This document shows, piece after piece, positions 13,493-28,300 of a stretch of DNA of 64,000 nucleotides (its first letter is position 1; every line of letters begins with the position of its first letter). A program made the translations under genes and the position numbers. The notes below the pieces were generated by a model. The model searched no databases, had not been told where the DNA came from, and worked only from the letters and a program-made list of their open reading frames with translations. The stretch comes from Eledone cirrhosa (lineage: Eukaryota). The stretch covers positions 330,770,001 through 330,834,000 of the forward strand of contig OZ024743.1 of NCBI GenBank assembly GCA_964016885.1, written 5' to 3'.

Positions 13493-14746
13493 CTAGTCTG
13501 ACGACGAACTAGGGTCATCTTCCGCGTTGGAGGGGAGGGGTATATTTTCGGGTTGTGTTTGCGGTACGGGTGTTTTGGAAATTGTTTTTGTTTTTTGAGT
13601 GGAGGGGATGGGTTGGACATTGTTTTGTTTTGGTTTGAGCTGTGGTGGTTGTTTTTGTAGTGGTAGTTGTGGTGATTGTGTTGGTTGTGCAGTTGTTGGT
13701 GGTGTATGCAGGATTGGGGTTTTCTTATTAAGTTGGGGACAGACAGCCCTCAGGTGACCTCTTGTTCCGCAGAGGTAACACGAGGGTCGTCTACCCTCAA
13801 CGGTAATGTTGATGAAGGTTAGATCATCCAGTATGACGCGTTCAGGGATCTGGGCGATCCTTTCGGGCCTCATTTGAACTAAAAGTTCGAGGCTCGTTCC
13901 ACTGAACGCGTCACCCGATGCCTTTCCCATGGACACCAGCATGTCATCCTCCAGGTCCAGAAAACCTGTCAAAACCCACCATATGTCCATAATCGGCAGG
14001 ATGGTGTGGATTTTTATTTTTTGTGTTCTTCTACCCATGTACGTAGGGTAGAAGGTGTATGCGGTGGATGTGATTGGTTTGATGGACAGTTTCACTGCTG
14101 TGTCCCTGTCCTTCGTGAGAATGGATAGACTCCCGTAGAGTCTATCCTTCTGAATGAAGGTGATGTCCTTCATGACGTCTTTTAAAACCAGCTCTATCTC
14201 ACTCTGTGATGGTTGAGCTGGTTTTTTACTTTTGTTCGAGATTGTCCTAAACATGACCGTGTTTAGGAGTCTCTGGCTTTTTAGTTCCGGGGGGGAATGG
14301 ATTGTGAATGAACCATTTTCTCCGTACACTATATATTTTTTCGCATCTGCCAGTAGCTCCTTCGCTTTGGTTATATCTACTGGCAGATAGTCGAGGGTTT
14401 TCCTTGTCGTCTCGGCGAAGGAGAAATTTTGTTTGTTTGTGTTGTTGTTGTCGTTGGTGGTGTTGTTGTTATCATTGTTGTTGTTGTCACCGTTATTGGT
14501 CTTGTTGTTGTTGTTATTGTTATTGGTGTTGTTTTCGTCCGTCGCATTGTTGTTGTTGTTGCTGCTGCTGCTGGTTCTTTGGGTTGTTGCCATGGCAACG
14601 TCAAGTTGTCGGTTAACAGGTGGAGAGAATTCTTCCTCTGGCTGACCTTTCTTCTTGACCTCTGCTACTGTGACAGTGGCAGGGGGAAGCTGTAAGTTTA
14701 TCTTCCCCTTTCCTCCTTCGAATTTTGGTGAAGAAGCTTCGGCCAT
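13493..14746 (-). CDS. Tx1 ORF1 (gag-like, CCHC zinc knuckle), probably prematurely terminated
   Basis: Poly-Asn tract and CYLCGTRGHLRAVC knuckle. The frame continues past the TAG at 13493-13495. Confidence 0.85.
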   Translation of the reverse strand: MAEASSPKFEGGKGKINLQLPPATVTVAEVKKKGQPEEEFSPPVNRQLDVAMATTQRTSSSSNNNNNATDENNTNNNNNNNKTNNGDNNNNDNNNTTNDNNNTNKQNFSFAETTRKTLDYLPVDITKAKELLADAKKYIVYGENGSFTIHSPPELKSQRLLNTVMFRTISNKSKKPAQPSQSEIELVLKDVMKDITFIQKDRLYGSLSILTKDRDTAVKLSIKPITSTAYTFYPTYMGRRTQKIKIHTILPIMDIWWVLTGFLDLEDDMLVSMGKASGDAFSGTSLELLVQMRPERIAQIPERVILDDLTFINITVEGRRPSCYLCGTRGHLRAVCPQLNKKTPILHTPPTTAQPTQSPQLPLQKQPPQLKPKQNNVQPIPSTQKTKTISKTPVPQTQPENIPLPSNAEDDPSSSSD

Positions 14747-14969
14747 TTAAAAAAAATATTGACTTTTCAACAAGAAAAAACTTTTTTTTTGTTTAACTAT
14801 TTCGCCTAAAGGCGTAGAATATTTTGAGAGACTGACCAGATCAAAGTTTGACCTGGCAGTCCCTCTACAAAATGGTACAAAAATTAAAGTTATCAGACAA
14901 GAATTTCTATAGAAATTTAAACAGAACTTACTCAGCAAGTTATACGCGTGTGTCCATCCCAGAGATAGA

Positions 14970-15041
<72 letters not shown>

Positions 15042-15152
15042 ATATATATATATGTGATTTATAATAATATATATATAAACAATTAAGTTAAAGTGTACAG
15101 TCATACACAAGTGAGTTAGAAGCGAAACGAAATTTTATTTCGTTTCGTTATT

Positions 15153-15203
<51 letters not shown>

Positions 15204-15306
15204 AAATTGAGGTTGGTAATGGCACATGGAATATATAAGAGACAGAATACTTTTTTGTGAAAAAACATAATTTTATAAGGTAAGGAAATAATAAAGGGTA
15301 TAAAAA

Positions 15307-15349
15307 ATGACCGGTTTCGATGGGTCTGCAAAAGCCATCTTTTCAAATG
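15307..15349 (-). ncRNA. Hammerhead-like variant motif in a short PLE-like end
   Basis: Minus strand reads TTGAAAA-gatgg...ccatc-GAAA-ccgg-TC. Stem III is palindromic (accggt), but stem I is weak. Confidence 0.45.
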
Positions 15350-15585
15350 TTGATTAATATTAAGAAAAATTAATAATACGAAGAGTTAAAATTTGAGACT
15401 TGAAAATTCAAGTATAAAATTCATTGTGGGATTTCATAGCAGTTTTCATCTAGGTAGCAACAACAGGTTGACTGCTGTGTCCCTTTCTGGTAGTGAATGA
15501 GAAGTTATTTGGGGTGTGGGTTATTTTATAAAGGTCAGATTTAGCAATAGCCAGCTGCTGGTCAGTGAGGGGGTGGAAGCAATAT

Positions 15586-15637
<52 letters not shown>

Positions 15638-15740
15638 ATAAATCATGTCTACAGAATTATTAGATATATATATATAAGTATATATATGTGTGTGTGTAGA
15701 GAGAGAGGGGGGGGGATAGATAAATAGATATATAGATAGA

Positions 15741-15838
<98 letters not shown>

Positions 15839-15897
15839 CTTCCACCAAGTGTGAACCTAATATAACTGTGTACAATTGCCTCCTGTGTTTTGTTTGT

Positions 15898-15956
<59 letters not shown>

Positions 15957-16189
15957 CATCGTATGTGTGTACGCACGCGTGTGTCTTGTGTGTGGAAGAG
16001 ACACCTGAATCTCAGTCATCAACCCACTCCCCTAACTGGTATAATTCTGGAATTCTCCGTTATTCCAGTAAGACTTATGGTTCTCCTACATTTACATCGA
16101 CTGGAATGTCATGCAAGTCACCATAAGTCTGCACGTCATTTGGACATTTGAACAGTTAACTTCAATACCAGTTGACTTACAAGAAATAC

Positions 16190-16302
16190 GACCACCACAA
16201 CGACAACAACAACACCAATAACAACGATAATAACACCAACAACACCAACAACAACAACACCAATAACAACAATAATAACACCAACAACACCATCACCACC
16301 AC

Positions 16303-16334
<32 letters not shown>

Positions 16335-16486
16335 GCAACAACAACAACACCACCACCAACAACAACAACAGCAGCAACAACAACAAACAACAACAACAAC
16401 AACCACACCAGCAGCAACAACAACAACTACAACAACGACAACACCACTGCAACAACAACAACAACAGCAACAACAACAACACCAGC

Positions 16487-16517
<31 letters not shown>

Positions 16518-16537
16518 GCAACAACAACAAACAACAA

Positions 16538-16568
<31 letters not shown>

Positions 16569-16591
16569 TACAACAACGACAACACCACTGC

Positions 16592-16624
<33 letters not shown>

Positions 16625-16800
16625 ACCAGCAGCAGCAGCAGCATCAACAACAACAACACCAGCAGCAACAACAACTACAACAACGACAACACCAGTGCAA
16701 TAACAACAACAACACCAGCAGCAACAACAACAACAACAACAATAACAACAACAACACTACTAGAGGCAGCTACAACAACAACAACAACGATAACAATAAA
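16190..16800. repeat. (CAA/CAG/CAC)n trinucleotide tract with internal duplication
   Basis: Direct reading. Confidence 0.9.
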
Positions 16801-17224
16801 TATTATTGTCTTTTAGTTTCTGGAATTTTTAAATCGATTTATCCATCACGAAATCCCCCATGATTACCACTGATACATGATAATTAATGTCGGTAAGAAA
16901 GTGAGAAATCTCGAGTGTTAAGCGTGAAGTCGACGAGATTTCAGTGCTTGGTTAGAGCCAAGGAGACTATCGGAATCTATCGTTAATGCCAGCTGTCAGC
17001 AAGATTCGAAATAATACTCCAGATAAAGTTATCGTCAAATATATCGAATCACTTGCACTAGACTATCGGGAATTTCAGTATTTCTCTTCGTTAATGGGAT
17101 AAACATACATATGAGGTATATTTATATACATACTCTCACAAACACATTTCCACCGAGACACATTATTTAGCATATACATGTGTATATAACGGATGTATAA
17201 TCACAGATACAACGATATGGACAC

Positions 17225-17267
<43 letters not shown>

Positions 17268-17312
17268 TAAACAAATAATGAATAAACAATTCCTTATATT
17301 AAACAAAAAAAG

Positions 17313-17468
17313 TTCATTATTTAACGATCGTTTCTAGGATATATATGTGTGTTAGAGTTGGCATGCATATTCAACAGATCTATGTACAAAATTATACAAA
17401 ATTATACAAACTATCAAGATTAAATATACATACCAACACATATATACGCCGTCTTCAGAAATAATGAA
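17313..17468 (-). ncRNA. Hammerhead ribozyme with ~115-nt stem II (left arm copy)
   Basis: Reverse complement of 29996-30151. Confidence 0.72.
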
Positions 17469-18105
17469 ATATATTTATTGATAATAACAACAATTCAAAC
17501 TTTCAGGTCCGTTTGGGAACGAAATTGGCCAATGAAAATACAAAAGGTTTAATGCAGTTCGGTGTGTGTATATACATGTAACAACCCTTACATATATTTT
17601 ACAAAAATGTATTCACAACCTGTATACGCATACAAAAAGGATGGATGCAAATACAACATTTCAAGGTTAATGTCTCTGTAAGTCTATAATGCACAGATAA
17701 GATGCGTACAGATACATAAATATGAAATAAGTGTATACACATATTTTCATACTAACACATATCCGTACAATCACACATACACGCGCGTATATGCATAAAC
17801 ATACACATAAACTACGAACATACAAACACACACACACCACCACACACATATATATATGTGGATATAAAATCCTAAGCACATGGATATTAATTCACTCACA
17901 TAAACACTGGCACACACATTTAGATAAAGATACAGAAATTAGGTGGGAGGGGGGGGGAGAGGTCAGTATTCAACGGTTAGGGCTGACTGCTTAATATAGA
18001 TGTATCTATAAACTAAGGAAATAAAAAATAATAAATAATAAATAAACATTAAAGAGGAAAGAAAAGAAAAAGAAAAAAGAAAAAAGAAAAAAGAAATATA
18101 TCAAG

Positions 18106-18187
<82 letters not shown>

Positions 18188-18363
18188 CACATACACACAC
18201 ACACACACATATATATACATACACATATACAAACACATACATACATATACAGACATCCACACTTAGAACATACATACACACACATATATAAACATATACA
18301 TATACACACATACATACATATACACACATACATATAAATACACATATATATATACATATATAT

Positions 18364-18402
<39 letters not shown>

Positions 18403-18686
18403 CACTCATACATACACATATAATCACACATACTATATAGACACACATATATATACACACATATACACACATATACATACACTTACATACATATATATAT
18501 ACAGATATACACATACATACCTATATATACACACAAATACATACAGACATATATACATACATACAGACAAATACTTACGCATCTATATATCGGTATATAC
18601 ATACAAACACCACAACACTCTCACACAACTCAGACATACAAAGAAAAAGGTATATACCCATACACATATACATATACAAATAGAGA

Positions 18687-18766
<80 letters not shown>

Positions 18767-18986
18767 CATATATATATACACATATACACACATACACACA
18801 TACACATACATACACATACATACATGTACACACACATAGATATATATACACACATACACCCATACACATACATATATAGTCATACACACACATACACCTA
18901 CACGAACATACACATACACATATACAAAGATATATATACACACACACACACATACACACACACACATATATATAAAAAAAATAAAG

Positions 18987-19035
<49 letters not shown>

Positions 19036-19672
19036 TTACACATACATACACACATACATAGACATATATGTACATACATACATATACATAGATGCATACA
19101 CACACATACATACATATATATATACACACATAGACATATACATACATACATACACAACATACATACACACATATATACTCATACATAGAATTAGATATAT
19201 AATCATACATACATACGCACTTACATATACTGATATATACAAATACAAACGCATCCATATATGCGTATATACATAGAAACACCACTACACCCTCACCCAA
19301 CTCAGACATACAAAGAAAAAGGCATATACATATACATATATACACGCATTAATAGAGATATATATACACATATATATATATACATATATATATATACACA
19401 CACATACGCTCATATACATATACCCACACACACATACAACCATAAATACACATACAAACACCCACATATATAAATATATACATACACATATATATATATA
19501 TACACACACATAATAAAAAACAGACATGCACATATATATATATATTTTTTTTTTTTTTTATACATATATATACACATATATATACATATACACACCCTCA
19601 CATATACACACATACACATAAGTTATATTATAATAATAAATAATATATATATACACATACACATATACATAC

Positions 19673-19722
<50 letters not shown>

Positions 19723-20018
19723 GAATATAGACATATATACACACACAGATATATATACATATATATATACACACATACATATACACACACACACATATAC
19801 ACATTCACATATATATGTGTGTGCACACACTCATATATATACATACACACATATACACATAAACACATATATGTGTATACATGCACACACACACATATAT
19901 CCACATAGATACGAAGATAGACATATAAATAGAGAGACATACATATATATACACACACACATATACATATATACATACACACACATATATATATATATAT
20001 ATACACATATATATATAC

Positions 20019-20056
<38 letters not shown>

Positions 20057-21374
20057 ATACACAGACATACACATACACATATATATACACATGCATATAT
20101 ACACATATACACATACATACACACACATATATATACACACACAATCTTACATTCTTATTTGCATGCGCATATATGTATTTTTATATTCAGATATAAATAC
20201 CCAAATATATATACACCTACCTACATATATATTCATACATACACGCTTACAAACAGATGATAATAGTAAGGGGGAAAGGGGGGGGTTGGAGAAGGGGATT
20301 ATAGTAAATATATGTTTCAAGAAACAGAATATTATCCGTATCTAGATCCAATGTATGTTTTTACATAGTATCAGTGTTAGGAAATACAATAAACAAGAAA
20401 TAAGGCAAAATTTATGCATTACAAAATAAATAAGTATACCATTAATTATATGTTAACTAAACTAAAGATAGTTAACATATTGATTTCTAAGGTGTAAATT
20501 AGTTAGGTTTATAATATTTGAAGCAGAGTTTTGAAGTTAAATAGTAGTAGAGTATTAATTATAGTATAATTAAATTAAAGTTAAAAACGTTATGGTATCA
20601 ATATTAGGAAATGAATTTAGTAATAGGGAAAAAACAAATAAAGTATTACATCGGTAGTAGAATATAAATTATAGGTTAATTAAATTAAAAATTATATATT
20701 TATTTCTATAGTATATGTTAATTAGGTATATAATAAATAAAACAGATATTGTATTTTATCAATAGCAGAATATAATATTATGCAAATAGAAATCAAAATT
20801 AATACATATACATATACACATACATACACATATATATATACATATATATACATATATATATACATATATACACATATACATACGCACACACATACACATA
20901 CACATATACATATACATATTTTTTCAAAAATTGCAAAGAATATATTAACTAGGTATAAATCCAAAACACATCCCATTCTAAGATTACATGACATTCTGCA
21001 ATTCGTCTGTATAAGGATATTAATTTTAAGCCAATTAAATTAAATTTTTAGGTTGATTAAAATTAAAACCAAATTATAAATATATTTCTAAAATGTATAT
21101 TAATTAGGTCTATAATACTAAAAATTATTTCTCTGTCATTGGATACACGATATTTTGTTATATTTTATCTGTAAAAGAATTATAATAAAAGGTTTAAATA
21201 AATTAAAATTAATCTATAAATTAAATTACTAAGTATATATTAGTAATATTTAAAGGTTTTTCACAATTTATGATTACATAATATTTTATATTCTCATCTG
21301 TAATAGAATTTTAATTAAATTAAATTTATAGGTTAACTAACATTTAAATTAAATTAATTTCTAAAATAATGTTA

Positions 21375-22370
21375 TTAATTAGGTTTATAATATTTAAATG
21401 TTTTTTTTAGTTTATGATTACACGATATAATTAATTCCTGTCGTTTATTTAATAGGTTATCCTTAGATTTCATTATTTCAAATAGTTCTTGGGAACATAA
21501 TCTACATTCATTTCTATTATTTTGATAAGGGGTGGCTCTTTTGAGCACACTCCAGGTCAAATCATATTCTATATTCTTATTTTTATAACTATTGATTTTT
21601 TCTGCTAGAGATGTTGTATTAGCCAGTGCGGCATTTTTAAAGCTATGCTTGTGGGTATTAAACCTTGTCTTAAAATTGTTAGAGGTAGCTCCTATATATG
21701 AGCAAATAGAATCTTTAGTTTTAACATTACATTTATAGACTATGTTGTTAACAAGACAATTCCCTTTTAATGGGCAGTTTGCTTTGTTTCTACAGTTACA
21801 ACCTTTCGTTAATTCAGTATTTGAGGAGATATTATGGTTAATTTGATGTACTGGTGGTATACTTATGGTTTTCTTACATTTATATGCATTATAGGCACTT
21901 ATATTTTGTTTTATGTTATTTGTTGTAGAGTATGAGAATTTAACTGTAGACCTATTTAAGATTTGATGGTATTTGTGGTTTGGCGGGAAGTTTTTCTCTA
22001 GGATATAAAAAAATTTTTTAGCAATAGTATCCTTAATTTGTAAATTAAATGGAGCATTATACCAAGTAACACGTCTATTACGGTTTCTATGTTGTTTATT
22101 ATTTTTATTATTTTTATAGGTTGTATCGTGATTTTTACTAGGAGGATTAATGTTAATGATCTCACCACAACCATTTTTAGTTATATTTGTAGATTTAGGT
22201 GTTTTATCCTTTTTATTAGGAGTTTTATTATTAATATTTATTAGAGTTGTATGATAAGTAGTTTTTTGAGAGTTACTATACTTTATATTAGAAGATTTGG
22301 TGTTTTGGGGTATAGTGTGGGTGGCATTTAGGTGTGTACTTTTCATTTGGTGTTTGTTGGTAATATTACC
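21375..22370 (-). pseudogene. 5'-truncated Naiad-type PLE ORF: low-complexity linker + GIY-YIG endonuclease
   Basis: WYNAPF..KNFPPNHKYHQILNRSTVKFSYS, CNCR..CPLKGNCL..IVY..YIGATSNNFKTRFNTH, CRLC..E, LLNKRQEL..CNH. No RT core is present, and the listed ATG comes from the junction. Confidence 0.85.
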
Positions 22371-22372
22371 AA

Positions 22373-22936
22373 TTCTCATACTCTACAACAAATAACATAA
22401 AACAAAATATAAGTGCCTATAATGCATATAAATGTAAGAAAACCATAAGTATACCACCAGTACATCAAATTAACCATAATATCTCCTCAAATACTGAATT
22501 AACGAAAGGTTGTAACTGTAGAAACAAAGCAAACTGCCCATTAAAAGGGAATTGTCTTGTTAACAACATAGTCTATAAATGTAATGTTAAAACTAAAGAT
22601 TCTATTTGCTCATATATAGGAGCTACCTCTAACAATTTTAAGACAAGGTTTAATACCCACAAGCATAGCTTTAAAAATGCCGCACTGGCTAATACAACAT
22701 CTCTAGCAGAAAAAATCAATAGTTATAAAAATAAGAATATAGAATATGATTTGACCTGGAGTGTGCTCAAAAGAGCCACCCCTTATCAAAATAATAGAAA
22801 TGAATGTAGATTATGTTCCCAAGAACTATTTGAAATAATGAAATCTAAGGATAACCTATTAAATAAACGACAGGAATTAATTATATCGTGTAATCATAAA
22901 CTAAAAAAAACATTTAAATATTATAAACCTAATTAA
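22373..22936 (+). pseudogene. Inverted copy of the GIY-YIG-coding 3' part
   Basis: Reverse complement of 21375-21938, reading FSYSTTNN...YKPN*. Confidence 0.85.
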
Positions 22937-24258
22937 TAACATTATTTTAGAAATTAATTTAATTTAAATGTTAGTTAACCTATAAATTTAATTTAATTAA
23001 AATTCTATTACAGATGAGAATATAAAATATTATGTAATCATAAATTGTGAAAAACCTTTAAATATTACTAATATATACTTAGTAATTTAATTTATAGATT
23101 AATTTTAATTTATTTAAACCTTTTATTATAATTCTTTTACAGATAAAATATAACAAAATATCGTGTATCCAATGACAGAGAAATAATTTTTAGTATTATA
23201 GACCTAATTAATATACATTTTAGAAATATATTTATAATTTGGTTTTAATTTTAATCAACCTAAAAATTTAATTTAATTGGCTTAAAATTAATATCCTTAT
23301 ACAGACGAATTGCAGAATGTCATGTAATCTTAGAATGGGATGTGTTTTGGATTTATACCTAGTTAATATATTCTTTGCAATTTTTGAAAAAATATGTATA
23401 TGTATATGTGTATGTGTATGTGTGTGCGTATGTATATGTGTATATATGTATATATATATGTATATATATGTATATATATATGTGTATGTATGTGTATATG
23501 TATATGTATTAATTTTGATTTCTATTTGCATAATATTATATTCTGCTATTGATAAAATACAATATCTGTTTTATTTATTATATACCTAATTAACATATAC
23601 TATAGAAATAAATATATAATTTTTAATTTAATTAACCTATAATTTATATTCTACTACCGATGTAATACTTTATTTGTTTTTTCCCTATTACTAAATTCAT
23701 TTCCTAATATTGATACCATAACGTTTTTAACTTTAATTTAATTATACTATAATTAATACTCTACTACTATTTAACTTCAAAACTCTGCTTCAAATATTAT
23801 AAACCTAACTAATTTACACCTTAGAAATCAATATGTTAACTATCTTTAGTTTAGTTAACATATAATTAATGGTATACTTATTTATTTTGTAATGCATAAA
23901 TTTTGCCTTATTTCTTGTTTATTGTATTTCCTAACACTGATACTATGTAAAAACATACATTGGATCTAGATACGGATAATATTCTATGTTTCTTGAAACA
24001 TATATTTACTATAATCCCCTTCTCCAACCCCCCCCCCCTTTCCCCCTTACTATTATCATCTGTTTGTAAGCGTGTATGTATGAATATATATGTAGGTAGG
24101 TGTATATATATTTGGGTATTTATATCTGAATATAAAAATACATATATGCGCATGCAAATAAGAATGTAAGATTGTGTGTGTATATATATGTGTGTATGTA
24201 TGTGTATATGTGTATATATGCATGTGTATATATATGTGTATGTGTATGTCTGTGTATG

Positions 24259-24293
<35 letters not shown>

Positions 24294-24589
24294 GTATATA
24301 TATATGTGTATATACATATATATATATGTGTGTGTATGTATATATGTATATGTGTGTGTGTATATATATGTATGTCTCTCTATTTATATGTCTATCTTCG
24401 TATCTATGTGGATATATGTGTGTGTGTGCATGTATACACATATATGTGTTTATGTGTATATGTGTGTATGTATATATATGAGTGTCTGCACACACATATA
24501 TATGTGAATGTGTATATGTGTGTGTGTGTATATGTATGTGTGTATATATATATGTATATATATCTGTGTGTGTATATATGTCTATATTC

Positions 24590-24635
<46 letters not shown>

Positions 24636-25275
24636 GTATGTATATGTGTATGTGTATATATATATTATTTATTATTATAATATAACTTATGTGTATGTGT
24701 GTATATGTGAGGGTGTGTATATGTATATATATGTGTATATATATGTATAAAAACAAAAAAAAAAAATATATATATATATGTGCATGTCTGTTTTTTATTA
24801 TGTGTGTGTATATATATATATATGTGTATGTATATATTTATATATGTGGGTGTTTGTATGTGTATTTATGGTTGTATGTGTGTGTGGGTATATGTATATG
24901 AGCGTATGTGTGTGTATATATATATATGTATATATATATATGTGTATATATATCTCTATTAATGCGTGTATATATGTATATGTATATGCCTTTTTCTTTG
25001 TATGTCTGAGTTGGGTGAGGGTGTAGTGGTGTTTCTATGTATATACGCATATATGGATGCGTTTGTATTTGTATATATGAGTATATGTAAGTGCGTATGT
25101 ATGTATGATTATATATCTAATTCTATGTATGAGTATATATGTGTGTATGTATGTTGTGTATGTATGTATGTATATGTCTATGTGTGTATATATATATGTA
25201 TGTATGTGTGTGTATGCATCTATGTATATGTATGTATGTACATATATGTCTATGTATGTGTGTATGTATGTGTAA

Positions 25276-25316
<41 letters not shown>

Positions 25317-25319
<3 letters not shown>

Positions 25320-28300
25320 CTTTGAATAACTTTGAAATGTTTTGGCCAGTATTGGCCCAGGCCATGTCTAACTTAATAGCACCACCTGGCGAAGTCTTTC
25401 AATTCAGGATTTGGGCACCATGGCCCATTCGAGAAGAGAATTACTGTTTGCGGAGACATATCCGGGTGTGGGTGGTTTGTCCGGGATTACTTGGAGGAAT
25501 TTGTCCAAAGACTTCTTGAATTTTGTGTGGTCAGTTTCTGTTTTGACGTGTCCTGGTGTGATGTTGAAGAGAGCAGGGCCGATTGAGGTGAAATAATTGT
25601 GCCGTATTGTTGTTATGAGTTGCGATTTAGATTTTTGAATGGGACGGATAGCACGGGGCCCAAGCCTTGGGTGTATCTTGAAGGCGATGCCAACATCATT
25701 TGGGCAGTGATGATGGAACATTTTCCACATCATGCAGATAATATAACGCTCACGGCGACGTTGGAGTGAGTAAAGTTTCAGGTTTTCCAATCGACCCCAG
25801 TAGTCAAGGTCTGACATGCCATCTATCTTTTTCGTGATTGCCCTTTGAGGAGCTTCAAGTTTCATGATACTTTGTTTCGTGTGGGGAGACCACAGTGGAC
25901 AACAGTATTCAAGGTGTGGTCGGGCGAAAGTAGAGAAGAGAAGGATAATGGTGCGGGAATCTCTCGACTGGAAGGTTCTGAGGATCCAGGAACACATTCT
26001 GCGGGCCATGTCAACTTTGCTGCTTATATGCGTGGTCCAGCTTATGTTGCTGTCCACGGTTACTCCCAAGTCTCTGATGTTGTTAGATGCCACGAGAGTT
26101 TCCCCGGAGGGAAGGGAGTACGGGAGTTTCAGAGCATCCTCTTTTCCAAAGTGGATCAGTTCGAATTTGTCTTCGTTCAGTAACATGTTGTTCTTTTCTG
26201 CCCATTGGGTAACAGCCAGTAGGTCTGACTGAAGGCTTATCCGGTCATCCACGCCATTGATGACCTTTTGGAGCTTGGAATCATCAGCGAAAATTTTAAT
26301 GTTGCTGTGTTTGATGATGTCAGTGATGTCATTAATATAGATGATAAAGAGAAGTGGGCCCAACACAGTGCCTTGTGGCACCCCACTACTGACTTTGGCT
26401 GGGCTTGATTTGACTCCCTCAACTACAACATGTTGGGTTCTGTTTGACAGGAAGCTCTTGATCCACCGCAGCAGCTTTCCAGTGACACCAATATTGGACA
26501 GCTTTCTCAGTAGAATGTTATGATCAACCCTGTCAAAGGCCTTGCTGAAATCAAGGTAGATAACATCAGTGTTGGAACCCTCTCCCAAGGCTCTCAAAAT
26601 GTCATCAAAGTGATGCAGTAGTTGCGTCAGGCAATCCCTTCCATTACGGAATCCATGCTGGTTGGAGTTCAGCATATTGTTACTCTCAAGGAAGTGGGTC
26701 ATTCGCGATCTCACCACTCGCTCAAATACCTTAATGATATGAGAGGTGAGTGAGATTGGACGGTAATTCACGGCAAGGGATTTGTTTCCCTTTTTGAAAA
26801 CTGGGACAACAGACTGGGATAGAAGGTTTTCTGGCACATATCCAGCATCCAGTGAGTTCCGCCACAGATTGGCAAGAGGAGAAGCAAGTTGGTGTTGACA
26901 CGCCTTCAAGACACAAGCAGGGAACCTATCGGGACCTACTGCTGAATTATGCTTGATTTCCTTTATTGCCGCCAAGACATCAGGGGCGCCAAACGTTATG
27001 TCCGATAAGGTGTAATGGGGAGTAACATCGCCGATACAGCCCAGATCGGCCATATCAGGATTGCTGAAAACAGAGCAGTATTGTTTCTGCAGTATCTCAC
27101 CCATGGTTTTAGCATTGTCTTGAAGAGTGCCATTTTCATCAATTAGAGGGCCAACAGTAGAGCCAGTGATTTTGTGTTTTTTTGCAAATGAAAAGAACAC
27201 TTTGGGATTGAGTTTGATCTTCTCAATGGCCCAGGCCTCTTCAGCTCTTCTCTGATTGTTGATGAGGGACATTATGTTGTTTTGGAGGTTATGTTTTTTA
27301 ATCTCTAGTGATGAAATGGCAGTCAAGTTGATGTGTTGCTGCTGACAGTATTTCAGATTGTTGATTTTTTTGTTCGTTCTCTTAATTTTTCTGATGAGCG
27401 TTTTTCTATTTCTAGGGATTCTGCTCTTAGATTTGTTTATAGTTCTTAATGGGGTGTGTTTAGCACATATGTTTGTAACAGTGTCCACAAATGTCTGCCA
27501 GGACTTTTTGATGTTAGTGGGTGTATGAGTGTGCGTGAAGGACCAGTCGACATGTGCAAGATCATGACTGATCGCTTCCCAGTTTGCATTGTGGAAATCC
27601 ATAGCGTCAAACGGATGGACAGGAGAGATGACATTGGGTTTGTATATTGGACGGTGGAATCTCAGATCACAGAGAACCATGTCATGATCAGAGAGTAGAG
27701 TTTTCTCCACTGCAATATTGTGGATATTGTCAGTGTGATTGCTGAAAATTAAGTCTAGGACGTTTTTGTGGCACCTCGTTGGTTCGAGCACTAGTTGGGA
27801 TAGGAAGAAATCATTCATGAAGTCAAGAAGCGATTCCACAGCTTCCCTGTCAGAGGTTGAGGCAGAAGAACCTGGTGGCAGGGTGTTTGTGGACCAGTCA
27901 ACTCCGGGGAGGTTGAAGTCCCCCATCATTAAGATGTTGTCAGGGTGACACTCTTGGATGAAACACTTTATGCTGTTGAGGCATTCCTTGAAGCATGGTA
28001 CAGGCGTTTGGGGTGGCCTATAGAGCCCAACTACTAATAGGTTGTTGGTTTGACTGAATACAGTGACTGCCTCACAGTATCCATTAGTGAATATGTTCAT
28101 AGCCTCTGTTGAGAAAGAATTATGGACATAAATGGCAGTTCCGCCCTTTCTTCTGCCAGCGCGATCAGCACGGATGGCTTTGAAATTTTTCACTTTCACC
28201 TCGGCTTCCAAGTGGAGGTTACTGAGATGGGTTTCAGTGAGGACGAAGAAAGGGATGTGGTTTGGATGGACATCAATCCAGTCCTCCAGGAATTTGATCT

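Larger units (their letters stand above)
9250..14970 (-). mobile_element. Tx1/L1-clade non-LTR retrotransposon, near full length
   Basis: Two ORFs. The 5' end abuts (TA)n at ~14970, and the 3' end has AATAAA then (TATC)n at ~9250. Confidence 0.92.

Noticed and set aside
16172-16816. Poly-N/Q ORF resembling a prion-like protein
   Set aside because: It is a pure trinucleotide tract with no ATG start, domain or convincing exon context.
21375-22370. Selenocysteine-encoding Naiad
   Set aside because: There is no in-frame TGA in the visible ORF, and the conserved Cys positions are ordinary Cys.
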